DNA from: Lytechinus pictus
Taxonomy: Eukaryota
Length of the DNA: 64,000 bases
Direction of reading: 5' to 3'
Assembly: GCF_037042905.1 (NCBI RefSeq)
Contig: NC_087250.1
Span: 21,144,001 to 21,208,000 of the forward strand
Under the pieces are notes generated by a model. That model saw nothing but the letters and a program-made list of their open reading frames with translations. It made no database searches and was not told the origin of the DNA. Shown in pieces: positions 37,433-50,601 of the stretch. Both the position numbers and the translations under genes were made by a program. Numbering within the stretch: position 1 is the stretch's first letter; every line of letters starts with the position of its first letter.

Positions 37433-38874
37433 TTTATGTCACTGTTCTCATTAGCGTAGATTAAATTTAATTTCTCTGCTGCCAAATAATATTTTTAAAT
37501 ATTAGAATTAATCTGAAAGATATCAAAGATCAGATGATTTTTGGTAAAGTTAGAAAGTGATTACTTCATCAGCAGCACCTGCGACAAGACTTATGTACAT
37601 TACAGTAATACGCTAATGGTTTTCTGCGGTTGTAATAGTTCAACTACTTGAGGTATTAATACCTTATTATGAAATACCTTACTTCGTTTTGTATATCTTT
37701 GCATTTGTTGGTCATTTGCTATTATCAGGGGAAGCGGAATTGCAATAAACTTGTACTAAATCTTTTAAAATACACGAAATACCCTTTCTGCATGGTCATT
37801 CATTAGGGATATAACTGTTTGGGGATACAATTGCATAAGGCCTATGTGTGTTACCATATATCCATATATCTCCCTAACTATGCCATCAAAATTAGAAATA
37901 ACTGCTATCGAATATTTATTTCGGCACCTTCGGAGTTGACGCTGATTAAAGGTAAAACCTGGGTCTGTTAAAAAAGCACGAACTTTGAGAGATTGTGTAG
38001 ATGAATCATCTTTAGCCTGCAACCATCATAGCACTGTCATCGAAATGTATCTATACCATATTTCATGTCGTAGATGGCGCCCTTAGGTTTTGTGACGGAG
38101 ATAACACAGAATTACGGGACATAAAATATCCGACAAAATTGTTGTTTTCTTGCAAAATTTTCAACATGTACTCATATTTACATATATTCATTCAAGAAAA
38201 GAACTATCATCGGTATTTCTCAGGCACAGAGCCTAATATAATATTCATCCATTCGGAATTTATGAAATTATGATTCAATTTTGATGATATCGTCGGGACA
38301 TGCGGTTGTATTAGGGGGTTCGGCACATTCAGACAAAACAACAACAAAAAAATCACCGAACAGATTAATTTCTCCAAACTCCGTTAATATACATTGTTAA
38401 AGACATTCATGTCAGCATAAATAGAGAAAAGTTAAAGTTAAAATCACATAAATATTTCTTTGATTATCATGATTATTATGATTATCGGGACACAAAAGGA
38501 GACACTTAAGTTTGCGAAGTATCACCATCATAATGAGTGACCTGTGCTTTTGTGCTCCTGGAAAATCTTGGTAAAAACCTAGCTTAGCCTTGAAATAACC
38601 CTCTTACTACGGTTATTGAGTCTTCAATTGAGAAGATTAACAAAAACTGACATTTGAACAAAATCAACAGGAGCAGTACTCAACCACGTAGCCAGGATTT
38701 CATTTAGGAGGGGGCGGTAAATGCACGCGAAGCATGCCAACAATTAAAGAGCGCGCGAAGCGCGCTCCCTAGGAGATTGGTGCAGGGAGGGGGAGTTTCC
38801 CCCTCCCTTGCGAAGCGCGAAGTTTTCGGTGTTTCATAAATGAAAATGAGCCGTCTCTCCTGTCTCTAGTATTA

Positions 38875-40405
38875 TATATTTGTTAGAAGTATGGATAGAC
38901 ATGATAGAGACGAAGGATTTTCGATTTAAATCTGATACATTTAAAGGAAATGTTTTTAACAATAAATTTGTACGAATTCAAGGGAAATGCATATTTAACC
39001 AAAAGGTATGTGAAAATAATATTTACAGAGTGAAAAAAATTATGGATTATGATAGAAACCTAAGGTCATTTTCGTACTTCCAAAGAGAGGGTTTAAACAT
39101 AAATGATTTTCATTTGATAGAGTCAATTTATAAAACTATTCCAGTCAGCTGGAAACGAAATATGAAAATAGATAGCAAAGAGGCTTCTCTTAGGGAAGGA
39201 ATATCATTTATGTCTGAAAAAGAATTTTGTCAATAGATCTAGAATTGTTAGTATCCAAAAGGGGGGGGGGGGTTGGGAGGTAGAACATCACTTTTTATCT
39301 TTTTTTTCTCTCTTATCATTTCAAACATCTTGTTAATATTTCATTTTGTAATTGCTGAAACGCATTAGTATTAATTTCAAGTATCTTTGAAGTTTGATGT
39401 ATAATTTGTATGATTATACTTGTTATGGTTTTATTGTATAATTTATAATCATGTTTTAAATAATATGTACAACTTGCTTATGGAATGTGAATGTGTATTT
39501 TGATTTGAGAGAATTCAATAAAACATCCTTAAAAAATATTTTAAAAAATCGAAAAGAAGTTTTGTATTTTTGCATATTTCAGTCGTTTTATTTTTCATTA
39601 GTTTGAAATCTTTTTTAATCGATTACAATATTGATTAGAGGAAGAAACATATCGCCATCTATTTTTGGAATGTGAATATGCTTGTTTGGTTTGGGATAAT
39701 TGTAAGAAGATGTTTGGTTTTAATTCGACGGGCAATTTAAGCTGGGAGGAAATTCTTGTAGGTGTAGAATTAAAGGACGAAGGAAAGGAACGTTTAGTCA
39801 ATCATTTTCTAATCTTTGTTAAATTTTTAATCTTCAAAGGGAGGGAAAAGGGTGCACTTATAACCATGGATGAAATTAAAAGGAAATTTAAAGAAGAAGA
39901 ATGGGAAGAAAGAAGGCTGGCGCTAGGTAGAGGTAAGATGTCTCTACATTTAAGGAAATGGGAAAATCTGAATTAAAAGAATATATAGGGAGAGTGAGGC
40001 AAAGGTATATATACAACGAGAGACAAAACCACAAAAAAAATACAAAAATAAATAAATACGGAGAATTGTAGTCCCTTCCATGTAGAGTATAGGCATAAAA
40101 AGGGGAGGGTGCTCCTAACCTAGGGACGGGGGGGGGGTTGGGAGGTAGAACAACACTTTTTATCTTTTTTTTTCTCTCTTATCATTCATACATCTTGTTA
40201 ATATTTCATTTTGTAATTGCTGAAACGCATTAGTATTAATTTCTAGTATCTTTGAAGTTTGATGTATAGTTTGTATAATTATATTTGTTATGGATTTATT
40301 GTATAATTTATAATCATGTTTCAAATAGTTTGTACAACTTGCTTATGGAATGTGAATGTTTATTTTGATTTGAGAGAATACAATAAAACATCCTTTAAAA
40401 AAAAT
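38875..40405 (+). mobile_element. L1/Tx1-like LINE 3' fragments with a duplicated 3'UTR
   Basis: VFNNKFVRIQGK.., EETYRHLFLECEYACLVW, ..HLRKW. The 3'UTR appears at 39260-39535 and again at 40128-40405, with AATAAA/A-rich ends. Confidence 0.75.
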
Positions 40406-40452
40406 CGTTTATAAAACAAAAATTGTTTATTAAAGAGGGAATTCACCCTTAA

Positions 40453-40911
40453 AGCGACCTTTCATTGACAAACCATGGGGAAATCAAGACCAATCTCAGA
40501 ACGGAGAAGGGTTTAAAGTCTTTCACTCGGATGTATATGCCTAGGGGTGTTACGTAATAGACGCCGGCATGCCTGGGAGGTCTAATACAGGAGAGCAATA
40601 GTTAGACTAACCAAGCAGAAGAAAAATGTGTTTTCACTTTGAAACATGTAACTTCACAAAGGTTATTTATTTTGGTTTAGCAATCAAGAGACCTGCTAAG
40701 AGTCTAGGAATTGGGATTGTTGGAAACTAGAAATGCGATAGCCCGAATTAAATAACGATCACGAGTTCGGTCGAATTCGTGTTGTCCGAACTTTTATCGC
40801 ATTAGTCCGACGGGCTCTCATGACGGACGGAATATATTATGCAAGTCAATTGGCCTTTTGCAAATTTCGTATTGATTCAATTTCCCCATGATTTGACAGT
40901 ATAAGGTCGCT
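40453..40911. mobile_element. Kolobok-like MITE nested in an older TTAA element (~40434-41297)
   Basis: TTAA|AGCGACCTT ... AAGGTCGCT|TTAA. Confidence 0.8.
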
Positions 40912-42498
40912 TTAACAGAAATGATAATACACAAATTGTAGGTTTGCCGAAAATCAATTAAAGATTAAGAAAGTGAATATCAGTTTTTGATATGTGATTT
41001 CATAACCGAGCAGCTGTTTCATATTTTGATTAATATAAAATGCCTAAATCAAAATGTTTTACTTTGTTTGAGATGACTTCTTTTTGTATTCTTTTTAGGA
41101 GCGGATGTGAAATAATTGGACTATTGATATACTCGTGATACAGAAAAACCTACATTTAAATTTTCTGAGAAAGTGGCCTTTCGCCGATTATTTTACAATA
41201 CGATATGAGGGACAACTGTTCGCATTACGTCACAAGTCAAATAATCAAAATGCTATTTTTACAATGAACGCTTTTTCAGGGTGAACCAAATTTTAATAAA
41301 TGGCTTGTAATTCTTTGGCCGGGTAGTCTATTAAAGGCGCCTGACCACACAATTCTTCATTCAAACACATGAAAATGATAGAGCATTATTTATATATTTA
41401 TGTGTGCACTTGTTTAAAAACATTGATGAATTTTATTCAGTAGAATAGAAATGGTTTTGTAGTGTTCTCCTGAATTTCACAGTCATTTGCATAATTAATC
41501 ACTTCAAATTTATTTAAAACTACTCTTCAGCCTTGTAGTTTACAGCCGGCCCTAGGCACTTTCTGCGAATTTTTGCGACTGGAACCACAAAGGTTAATAT
41601 TAATTGCTGATTGAAATGGCCTATCAAGATCATCGTTGCATGCGTATTTTATTCAGTAGACTATCGAGGAACCAATCAGAATTGTTCTTTCATATTAATT
41701 TGATCTGGTCTTGCCCATTTCAAATATGACCAAAACAGAGTGATATTCATTCTCAGACACGTTAACCAAACGCTTCAGTGCCTCAAAAAAAATAGACTTA
41801 CAATCGATTATAACTTATAAAGTATTATGACTTGCATAATATATTCCGTCCGTCATGAGAGCCCGTCGGACTAATGCGATAAAAGGGAGGGTCGGGGGGG
41901 GGGGGGGGGTATGGGACCAGGGCTGAGTTTGTATTTAAGTTTGAATTTATTTGAGTGAAGAGGCTGAGGTGATGGGTTTAACAAATATATGCCGATGGCT
42001 TCAATTCGTTTAGGTTTTAGTAATGATTTATTCTGTAATTGGAAAATCTCTTATGTTTTTTATTTGATACTGAAAAAAAAAAATTCAATATGTTGATTTT
42101 ACTGTAGACGTTTCTTCTTGATGCATATAATTATCAACAATGTTATTTATAATTATGTATTTGAAGATGTCTAACATTGTGTTTAACATTCATGAAAAAA
42201 AAAATATGTTGAATTTAGGAGTTGTCAAGGTATTTGTAAAGACATCAAAGTTCTATTTGTTTCTTATATATATTTTATTTTGTATATGAAATGAAGTTGT
42301 CAATAAAAACTACTCAATACAAAAAAAAAAAGTAAAAGAAAAAAAGCGAAAATGGAACTTGTTTATTTATAATGTGAATGTGTCCTATGAAGTTATTAAT
42401 CACTAATTAATAAGCTATCTTGGCCGATTCTTAAAAATGCAGTTTTCACAAACGAATTAATGGTAAAAACGGTTTTAATCGATTACAATATTGATAGT

Positions 42499-43378
42499 GG
42501 AGGTGCCGTGGCCGAGTGGTCTAAGGCGCCTGGCTATACATGGAAAGTCCGGGGTTCGATCCCGGCCGCGGCACCTATGCCAAGGCATTTAATCTACAAT
42601 GCTCTTTTATCCTGCTTTCGAATAAATGGAAACGCTATATGCATTATTGGCAACTAGGTGTGCACTTGTTTAAAAAAAAAAAAAAAAAAAAAAAAATAGT
42701 ATAAAATAAAAAAAAATAATATAATTTCTTTATACAAAAATAAACGGAGCCGTGGCCGAGTGGTCTAAGGCGCCTGACATCACTTTTAAATGCACTGTCA
42801 ATGATTATAAAGTAATTCATCAATCTGGGGTGATTCTTTAAAATGCAGCTTTCATAAGAAAGGTAATGGTTGAAGCAAAAGTACTTTGTTATATTAGCAG
42901 ATTTCTGTCATATTATTTATTTATTGTTGGTTTGAAATCTTTTTTAATTGATTTCAACATTGATAAAAAATTATAATTACTTTATACAAAAATAAAATAA
43001 AACAATTTTATTGTCATTGTTTTAAGGCGCCTGGCAATACATGGAAAGTCCGGGGTTCGATCCTCGGCGGCGGTACCAATGCCTGTTTTTAATCGATAAT
43101 GGTCTTTTATCCTGCATTCAAATAAATGAACATGCTATACACACTCTTGGTAACTAGGTGTGCACTTGTAAAAAAAATAGTTGATAAAATTAAAATAACA
43201 AATAAAACAAGTAACTTTAAAAATACAAAAATAAAATGAGTCATAACCGAGCGGTCTAAAGGGCCTGACAATACATGGAAAGTCCGGGGTTCGATCTTCG
43301 ATAATGGTCTTTTATCATGCATTCAAATAAATGAGAATGGTATACGCATTTTGGTAACTAGGTGTGCACTTGCTAAAA
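42499..43378 (+). repeat. Four partial tandem copies of a tRNA-derived SINE
   Basis: TGGCCGAGTGGTCTAAGGCGCCTG..TACATGGAAAGTCCGGGGTTCGATC at ~42499, 42746, 43023 and 43240; shared tail AACTAGGTGTGCACTTG. Confidence 0.8.
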
Positions 43379-43784
43379 AGAAATAAAAGCTCAAATTTGT
43401 TTCACTGTCGAAATTGTTACTTCGAACAGTCGAATGCATTGAGAAATCTGTCTCGATCCAGACCCCCATGATCAATACCATGGTTTGCTATCAACAGAAA
43501 CATGCCGATAACCAATCAATATCGTCGTCAAACGCTCAATCTGTTCCTAAGATTGGACTATCAGGCATTTAGATTTGTTCTTTCATTCTTGTGATTTAAA
43601 TGGGTAGCGAACAACACTGACTAAAACTTTGTGTAGTGTCTCATTGATTATGTTCATGTTTTAAGAATGGCTACTTTAGTAGGGTTATCCCACAAACACC
43701 TAAACACAAAATCCAATACCATACATGAATGGCTAGTCTTAAAATATACATTTTGTTAAATTAGACGAACTAAAGTTGATTTAA

Positions 43785-44379
43785 AGGGGAATCCAGCCTT
43801 GGCCATAAAATGTTGTGTTGGGAAGGAGAAAAATAAATTAAACAGAATGGTGAAAGTTTGAAAGAAATCGGACAAGCAATAAGAAAGTTATAGCTGCTTT
43901 AAAATTGAGATCACTAATACTATGTAGATTTCAAATTGGCAACTGGGTCAGTAAATTATGACAAGGGGCAAGGACAACTTTCCCACAGGCCATGTACTTT
44001 ATTATCAGGGATTTGTGGTTTTCTCCTAAGTACCCATTCCCCTGGGGTAGTTATCTAAATATAACCCATGTAGTATATTGTTTTATGTCTTCATGAAAGA
44101 AAAATATAATTTGAAATAAAACTTTTGGGAAAAATGACATTTTAGCCATAATATGTACTGGAGTACATAGAAGAGTAGTCCTTGCCTTACATCACTATGA
44201 CATCCCATATGCGGCCAATTTGAAGTCTCCATGGGTATAGTGATTACCAATAGATACAACTTTTAAAAATTCATAACTTTCTTGTTGTTTGTCCAATATT
44301 GTTCAAACTTTCACCTATCAACTTGTCTGATTTTTCTTTTCCTTATAAAAACAAGTTTTTATTTGGGTTGGATTCCCCT
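43785..44379. mobile_element. Kolobok-like MITE
   Basis: TTAA|AGGGGAATCCA ... TGGATTCCCCT|TTAA. Confidence 0.85.
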
Positions 44380-46811
44380 TTAACAAATTATTCTCTTCCT
44401 CTCTCTCCCACTTTCTTCCCCCCCTTTCCCCCACAAACACCCACGCACACAATCCAACACTATGCAATAATTTCACTTTGGGATGTATGTTTTTATTCGT
44501 GTTATTGATTATTACAACGCGCCCTCTCGCGCTCAAGATTAATTACTTATACGTTCAGTCATTTTTACACAATAATAAAACACGAATGAATTGAATAAGA
44601 TTATGAATGTGATACATCCTACTTCAACCATGAACACTGATTGTATAAAATGACCGTCATACGTACGGAATTGTTTATATTAGTTGTTTGACATTGTCAC
44701 ATTGTCTTTGTATTTTACAAACAATCTTATAACCATACGAAAAAAAGGGTAATATTTTTTTATGTACTTTTCATATTGCGATTTAAAGAGTTAAGCGTGC
44801 AAATAGTACTGTTATATTAATGAATAAAGCTAAACTCGTTATTCATGTTTGGTCATTTTCCATATGTCGTGGGTAGGACAAGAAAGAGCAGTCAAGACGC
44901 CAAAATATTGAGTTGTAGTCAATCTTTTATTTGCCAGCCAGATCAAAATGTCATGAAAATGAAACCAAAAACAAACAAAAACCCTGCAAAGACAGGATAA
45001 ATGCAATAATTAAATACACTGTACTACAAGGCAGTTATATATGTAATATGCATAGTATTGTATCGATGATTATATAATTTCTATATATGCTATTGTAGTA
45101 AGATTAAGTATTTCAATGAATATGAAATCAATTATTTCGTTAAATTCAATATACATGTATAAATGATATCAACATCCCAAGCTATAACAATACAAGTTAT
45201 TCATTAACACCCTCATCTGTATAATCAAATCGGGTAATGAATTAATATCTCGAGAACATCATCACCTCGAATGTGACATACAAACCCTCTGACTTGCTTC
45301 TCAATAGTTACTTCCTCGTTATCCTCTGATAACACTCGTCATTAAGCAAGATAACATCAAAATATATTTGGAAATATTAATCTAACCCCAACCCTTACGC
45401 TTAACTCTTTAAACCTGAAACAACTCCTAAAAATATAGTTAAATGAAATGCATACTGGAGGTAGGCTTACACATGTATATTTATAAGTTTGAGAGTATTT
45501 AGAATCATTTAAGTACATTATTGGATATTACTTATTACTATTAATACATGAACTTCCATTTCCATTTTAAATAATCTATTACAATAAAGATACCTTATAT
45601 TTTATAGAATCTTCAATGATCTGAAGCAAAAACTCTTATCAATCATCAAATTCAAAACAAGACATAAATATATCATATCATCTTCTGGTCCATAGCAAAA
45701 CTGTAATATTTACAAAACCTCATAAATAAACTCACTTGATTCAACAACATTACTCCAACTCTTAAGGCCCTGTCACATTGTATTGTATTGTATTGTATTG
45801 TATTGTATTGTATTGTATTTATTTAATCACGGTAAAACTTACATTCAGTCATAACAGACTCCTTTTCAACATTGCGATCATCATAATGGCATAAAACGAA
45901 CAGCAAGCAGGCAGCTCAAAGATTAAATCAAAATTCAAATCACCAACCTGTACTCCAACATTCAAACACTGGGGCCCGTATTCTGAAGTCAAACCACGGT
46001 CACTCTGTGCTTGAATTATGGGGAGTCGAAAATTATGTTTGTATTGTATGTCTCTTATGTTTACTATTCAGCTTCTTTTTGCTATCACAATGAAAAAAAA
46101 TACTTCAAAATACTTCAGTTATCATTCCCAGACGATTTGGGTATATAGGAGTTAATAACAATTGGATGTGCACTTTTAGGGATTCGTGCCCCAATTGGCT
46201 CTCCATAGTTAAACCACAACTTTAAACCAGGGTTTAATTTAAACCTGAATTCAGAGTACGGGCCTGATTATTTAGTATTTACAGACATAAAAATTGAATT
46301 CAAAAGATCATTTTTATCACATCTGATTTAAAGCACTATTAACATTGAACCATTTAATATCATGTTTACAAAAAATGTAGAGTCAAAGCAGGCGTGGCAT
46401 AAGTACAGTGGGTCTGCCATCTCTAAATGTCACATTTCCACTATTAAACAAAATCTAAAACCACACAATCAATACAATTCAGATCTTCCAAATAAAGTAT
46501 TAATCTTAACTTTTTGCAGTCCTGATAATACACTAACCATACTTCAGCGAAAAATGCGCCCATACGGTACATTAAATTGAGCTGACTTTGCACATTTATC
46601 ATTTTCACTTGCTCTTTAAAGAAACACACTTGTCATTAAACAAGTAATATATAATATTCAAGATGTCTAAAATCTTCCATACTTGAGAGTATTCAGTCAT
46701 ATCCTCTAATGATTTTTATCGTAATCACACATGTTCTTATACAATAAACCAAATTGTCTCTATTATTTTAGACGGCTGAGAATTTCCAAACTACAGAAGT
46801 ACTTTTGACAA

Positions 46812-47587
46812 AGGGCCTTTTCACACGTGAATCTTGAATTATCATTGCATTAATGATTGCAATTCGTCTTTAGAATCATCCGACCTTTCACACGCTCAAT
46901 CGAAAACTGTGATTTGAATTCCAATTCCGACCAAGCGAAGGTGTTTTTGGTGACTTGTCAATCAAAACACTGCATCGGTACGATGAGTGTATGACAATTG
47001 TATTATCTACGGAAGTGCCTGAAAGGACACGTAAGCTCCGACCCTAAAAGATGTTTTGGAGGTCAAGCCTTTCACACGTAAAATTCGTACCCGTCATTTT
47101 AGTGAAACTTAACTGGAATTCGCATCCGGAGTAGAATTTGAATTCGTGATTGTGATTAGCGTTCGTGATTCTAGTTTGGTTTCACACATGCTAAAAATTC
47201 GCCATTAGCCATAGTTTTCAATGGGATCATCATTCAAATTACGATTTTTTTGCCGTGTGAAAGGGCGGGTTGAGTAAGAAAGATTACTGAGTGAAACGAC
47301 TCACATACTTGGCTGCCCAAGTGCATGCCAATCTACATGTTGAATACTTGCACCTGCTCTAAAAAATGTGTGCCGTTCAGAGAATCATTAATCGCCCTTT
47401 CACACGGTCAAAAAATCAAAATCTTGAATGTAAATGATTCCATTGAAAAATAGGGCTAATGACGAATATTTAGCACGTGTTAAACCAACCTAGAACCTGT
47501 TTAGAATCACGAACGATAATCACAGTCACGATTACAATAGTAATCATCATTATAATGATGATTCAAGATTCACGTGTGAAAGGCCTT
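46812..47587. mobile_element. Two oppositely oriented Harbinger-like MITE copies (46812-47266, 47393-47587)
   Basis: TIRs GCC(C/T)TTTCACACG / CGTGTGAAAGG(G)C. The second copy is an internally deleted inverted version of the first. Confidence 0.75.
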
Positions 47588-48778
47588 AAGTTAACACAAA
47601 CAAATCTCTGCACCATATTATCTTTGTTTTCCATAACCCTGTAGCTATCCTTCGAATCTAATGATTAACGATCCAGTGTAATATGCATTGCAGTCTTATA
47701 AGGCAGTAAAAAAAATGTAGGTCTGTAAGCATAATTCCAACCCCGACACTGAAAATTTTAACTTAAACCACCACAAACATTTTCACGACTCATGAATTAC
47801 TGGCAACGTGTTGATTGCTATGATTAAATTGCTAGAAAAATTACACTATGTAGTATTTACTGTAATTCAAAACTGAACACCATTATAACTTCAAACATTT
47901 GAAAAGAAGTATGCATTTTCGAGAATAATTTGTTTTCTTCAAATATGTTATCAATGTAATTCTCTGCTTTTATGACGAATAATTTTGTATAATTCATATT
48001 GAAAATTATATTTTATGAAATTTGAAAAATGAATGTTTATTTGAATTGAATTGAAAATATTAATCATATCCGCTTTTCTGCAATTATTATACTGTCGGTT
48101 AAACTGTTACGTAATCAGGCCAACTTGAATTATGAACTCCACTGAAGTTTGAAAATGAGAACATTTATATTTACACTAATTTCATAATTATACATAAAAT
48201 GTATAATCCATGTTACAAGCATATCGTATGCCGATATTTACTTTTTTTTTTAAACAGGGTAGCCCCATCAGTAGTGACAAAGCTGTTATACTATAATGCC
48301 CTGCATAACGTAACATACATATACATAAATATACATGAAAAAACATCCAATGGTGATACGAAAGATACAAAATAATAGTGGATGCTACTTGTAAACGAGT
48401 TATAATTGAAAAAAAATATTTACAACATAATTGATGAATACAATTTTAATCTTTGGTTAAATTATGATCAACGAAAATATAATAAACAAACAGTTCATTT
48501 TAAGGCTACTAACAAATAAGACTGTAAGAAGATAAAAGACATTCGGTAGGAGCAAATCGGGTCTAAACTAGTCATATTACTTATTATATTATAATAAGCT
48601 GCTCTCAGAAATGATATTAATGAATATTATAGTAGCTATCTCTACAAAATTGGGCAAAAAAACATAAAGGCATGGAACATAGCAGTTGACTTGACGAGTT
48701 CTTGTGTTTTCAGCGTCTAAATCCATTCCATGGCGTGGTATACTATGAACCTGCTTGCATTAGGCTTTGATGGCGCAT

Positions 48779-48865
48779 TTAGGATTCAGCTTCACTCTCA
48801 TCATGCTCATCGCTCAATCGATCGATGTGGGGAATGGAGTAGGCTTCCGGAAACAACAAATCATC
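48779..48865 (-). CDS. Candidate terminal coding exon of an unidentified host gene
   Basis: Acceptor TTGTTTTGTGTCTCGTTTTAG| then DDLLFPEAYSIPHIDRLSDEHDESEAES*. Downstream AT-rich UTR-like sequence with AATAAA at 44926-44931 (minus). No homology recognised. Confidence 0.35.
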   Translation of the reverse strand, partial: DDLLFPEAYSIPHIDRLSDEHDESEAES

Positions 48866-50601
48866 CTAAAACGAGACACAAAACAATATAAATGCCACCG
48901 AGATAAACAACATTCATTAGTGATGACACATTTTTCAATTTGTATATGATTTTTAACGTAACGGGAACGGAGACAATTTTTTTGGTTGATATACATTGGT
49001 TTTGATAATTATACACCCCTTGTTTTTGTTGCCTCCTTCATTTGGTTGTAACCCTCGTCCTATTCGGAGCCCACGCCCATAGCCCTGGGAAGCGCAGGTG
49101 CTGAAGCGTCCCAATATCTATTTATTTCATGTATTTATTTAATTTATTTATTGATTTAAATATTAATTTATTTATTATCATGATTATTACTTTTCTGGGG
49201 GGGGGGGGGGTGCTGTGAATGTTATACACCATAGGCAATTCCCCCTGAAAACCACTTGGTGTGCAAATTGTAAAATACTTATTTCATTTAAAAAATAGTT
49301 CCCATGTCCCTGTCCATTCCCCTTTTTATCAAATTTTCCTACCGTCCCCTATCTCGCTAATTTGTTTAATATATCTTCATTTCGTCTATATCTTTTTATT
49401 CGTCTGCCGGTTATTGCGCTTACAATCCTCTTTATAGTATCATTTTAATCTACAATATGATTATACGATCAGATAAATAATTTTCTTTTGATAAAATGGA
49501 AAAGCGAAATATAGAATATTGGGAAAATTGGTTAGATGTTTGCTTCCTTTTGTTAGTTTCGTTTCGATTTTCAATTTTTATTTTCACGGAACGATAACGG
49601 GAAAAAAATTTAAACAAAACGAAACTTTTGTTTTGGTTTTAGCTATTGATTCTTCAATTCTTACTTTATTTTGGTGAAATGAAACTTAAATGGTCTTAAG
49701 GCACAGACACTTGTTCTTTTTTGCATAGTGCAGGGTCTGAAGCAGTTAGGCTAAAATCAATAAGTTATGTGACTGACTCTACTCTCATTTCACGCAAGAT
49801 TGGGGTCAGTGCTTGCAGACTAATATCTTAATGGTCATTTCTGGGGTTATCCTTACTTTGATCTTGTTTCTAGAAATTGGAAACTAAGTCCCTCCTATAT
49901 CAAAATGCTGTAATTTTGAATGGAATAATTTTGAGATATAATATTTCGTAGGTGGTTTTCTAGAGTCATAAAGCAACTCTTGGGGAAAATAAAATCGATC
50001 GGTTTATTCATGCATGGGTAATCAAAGATTGAATCAAAAATTATATTTTTCACAGTCACAAGTTTTTTCATCAGATTATGTAAATACAAAGTTGGGCGAA
50101 TGCTTTTCTTTTGTGGTGAGTTTTATGGTGCTTATGATGTTTCACTATCCATCATTTAGCCACTCTACATACAATTTTGATAGCGTCTGTTCATGGTTAA
50201 GTGAGCACATTTTTGTGACGCATCATCATAGGGTTTTATGGTAGTATCCTCTATAACTTAAAAAAATACACGTAAGAATTGAAAAGTGTTAGTGGCTCCC
50301 CTCCCCCAATTTCTCGCCCCCCTTCCCATTTTCAAATTCTGAATCCACCACTGATTTGTCCATAAATTTAACTGATCCTGAGAAATTGTTAGGAAATGGA
50401 TGCATTTATGCTACACAAGAGTATTCATTCCTAAGTTTTCAAGTGTAAAAAACTTCAGAAAGTGTGCGGTGATAAAAATGACTGAAGATAAAACCAACAG
50501 CAATCAAATCACATTTGAAACGGAATTTGCCCCTTTATAACCCCGCAAAATAACTGTGACATTGAAAATGCATTTTTTTCCCTCTTGGATGCGTGCTCAT
50601 A

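Noticed and set aside
42502..42577. Functional tRNA gene
   Set aside because: It continues into a SINE body with no T-run terminator and has degenerate tandem copies.
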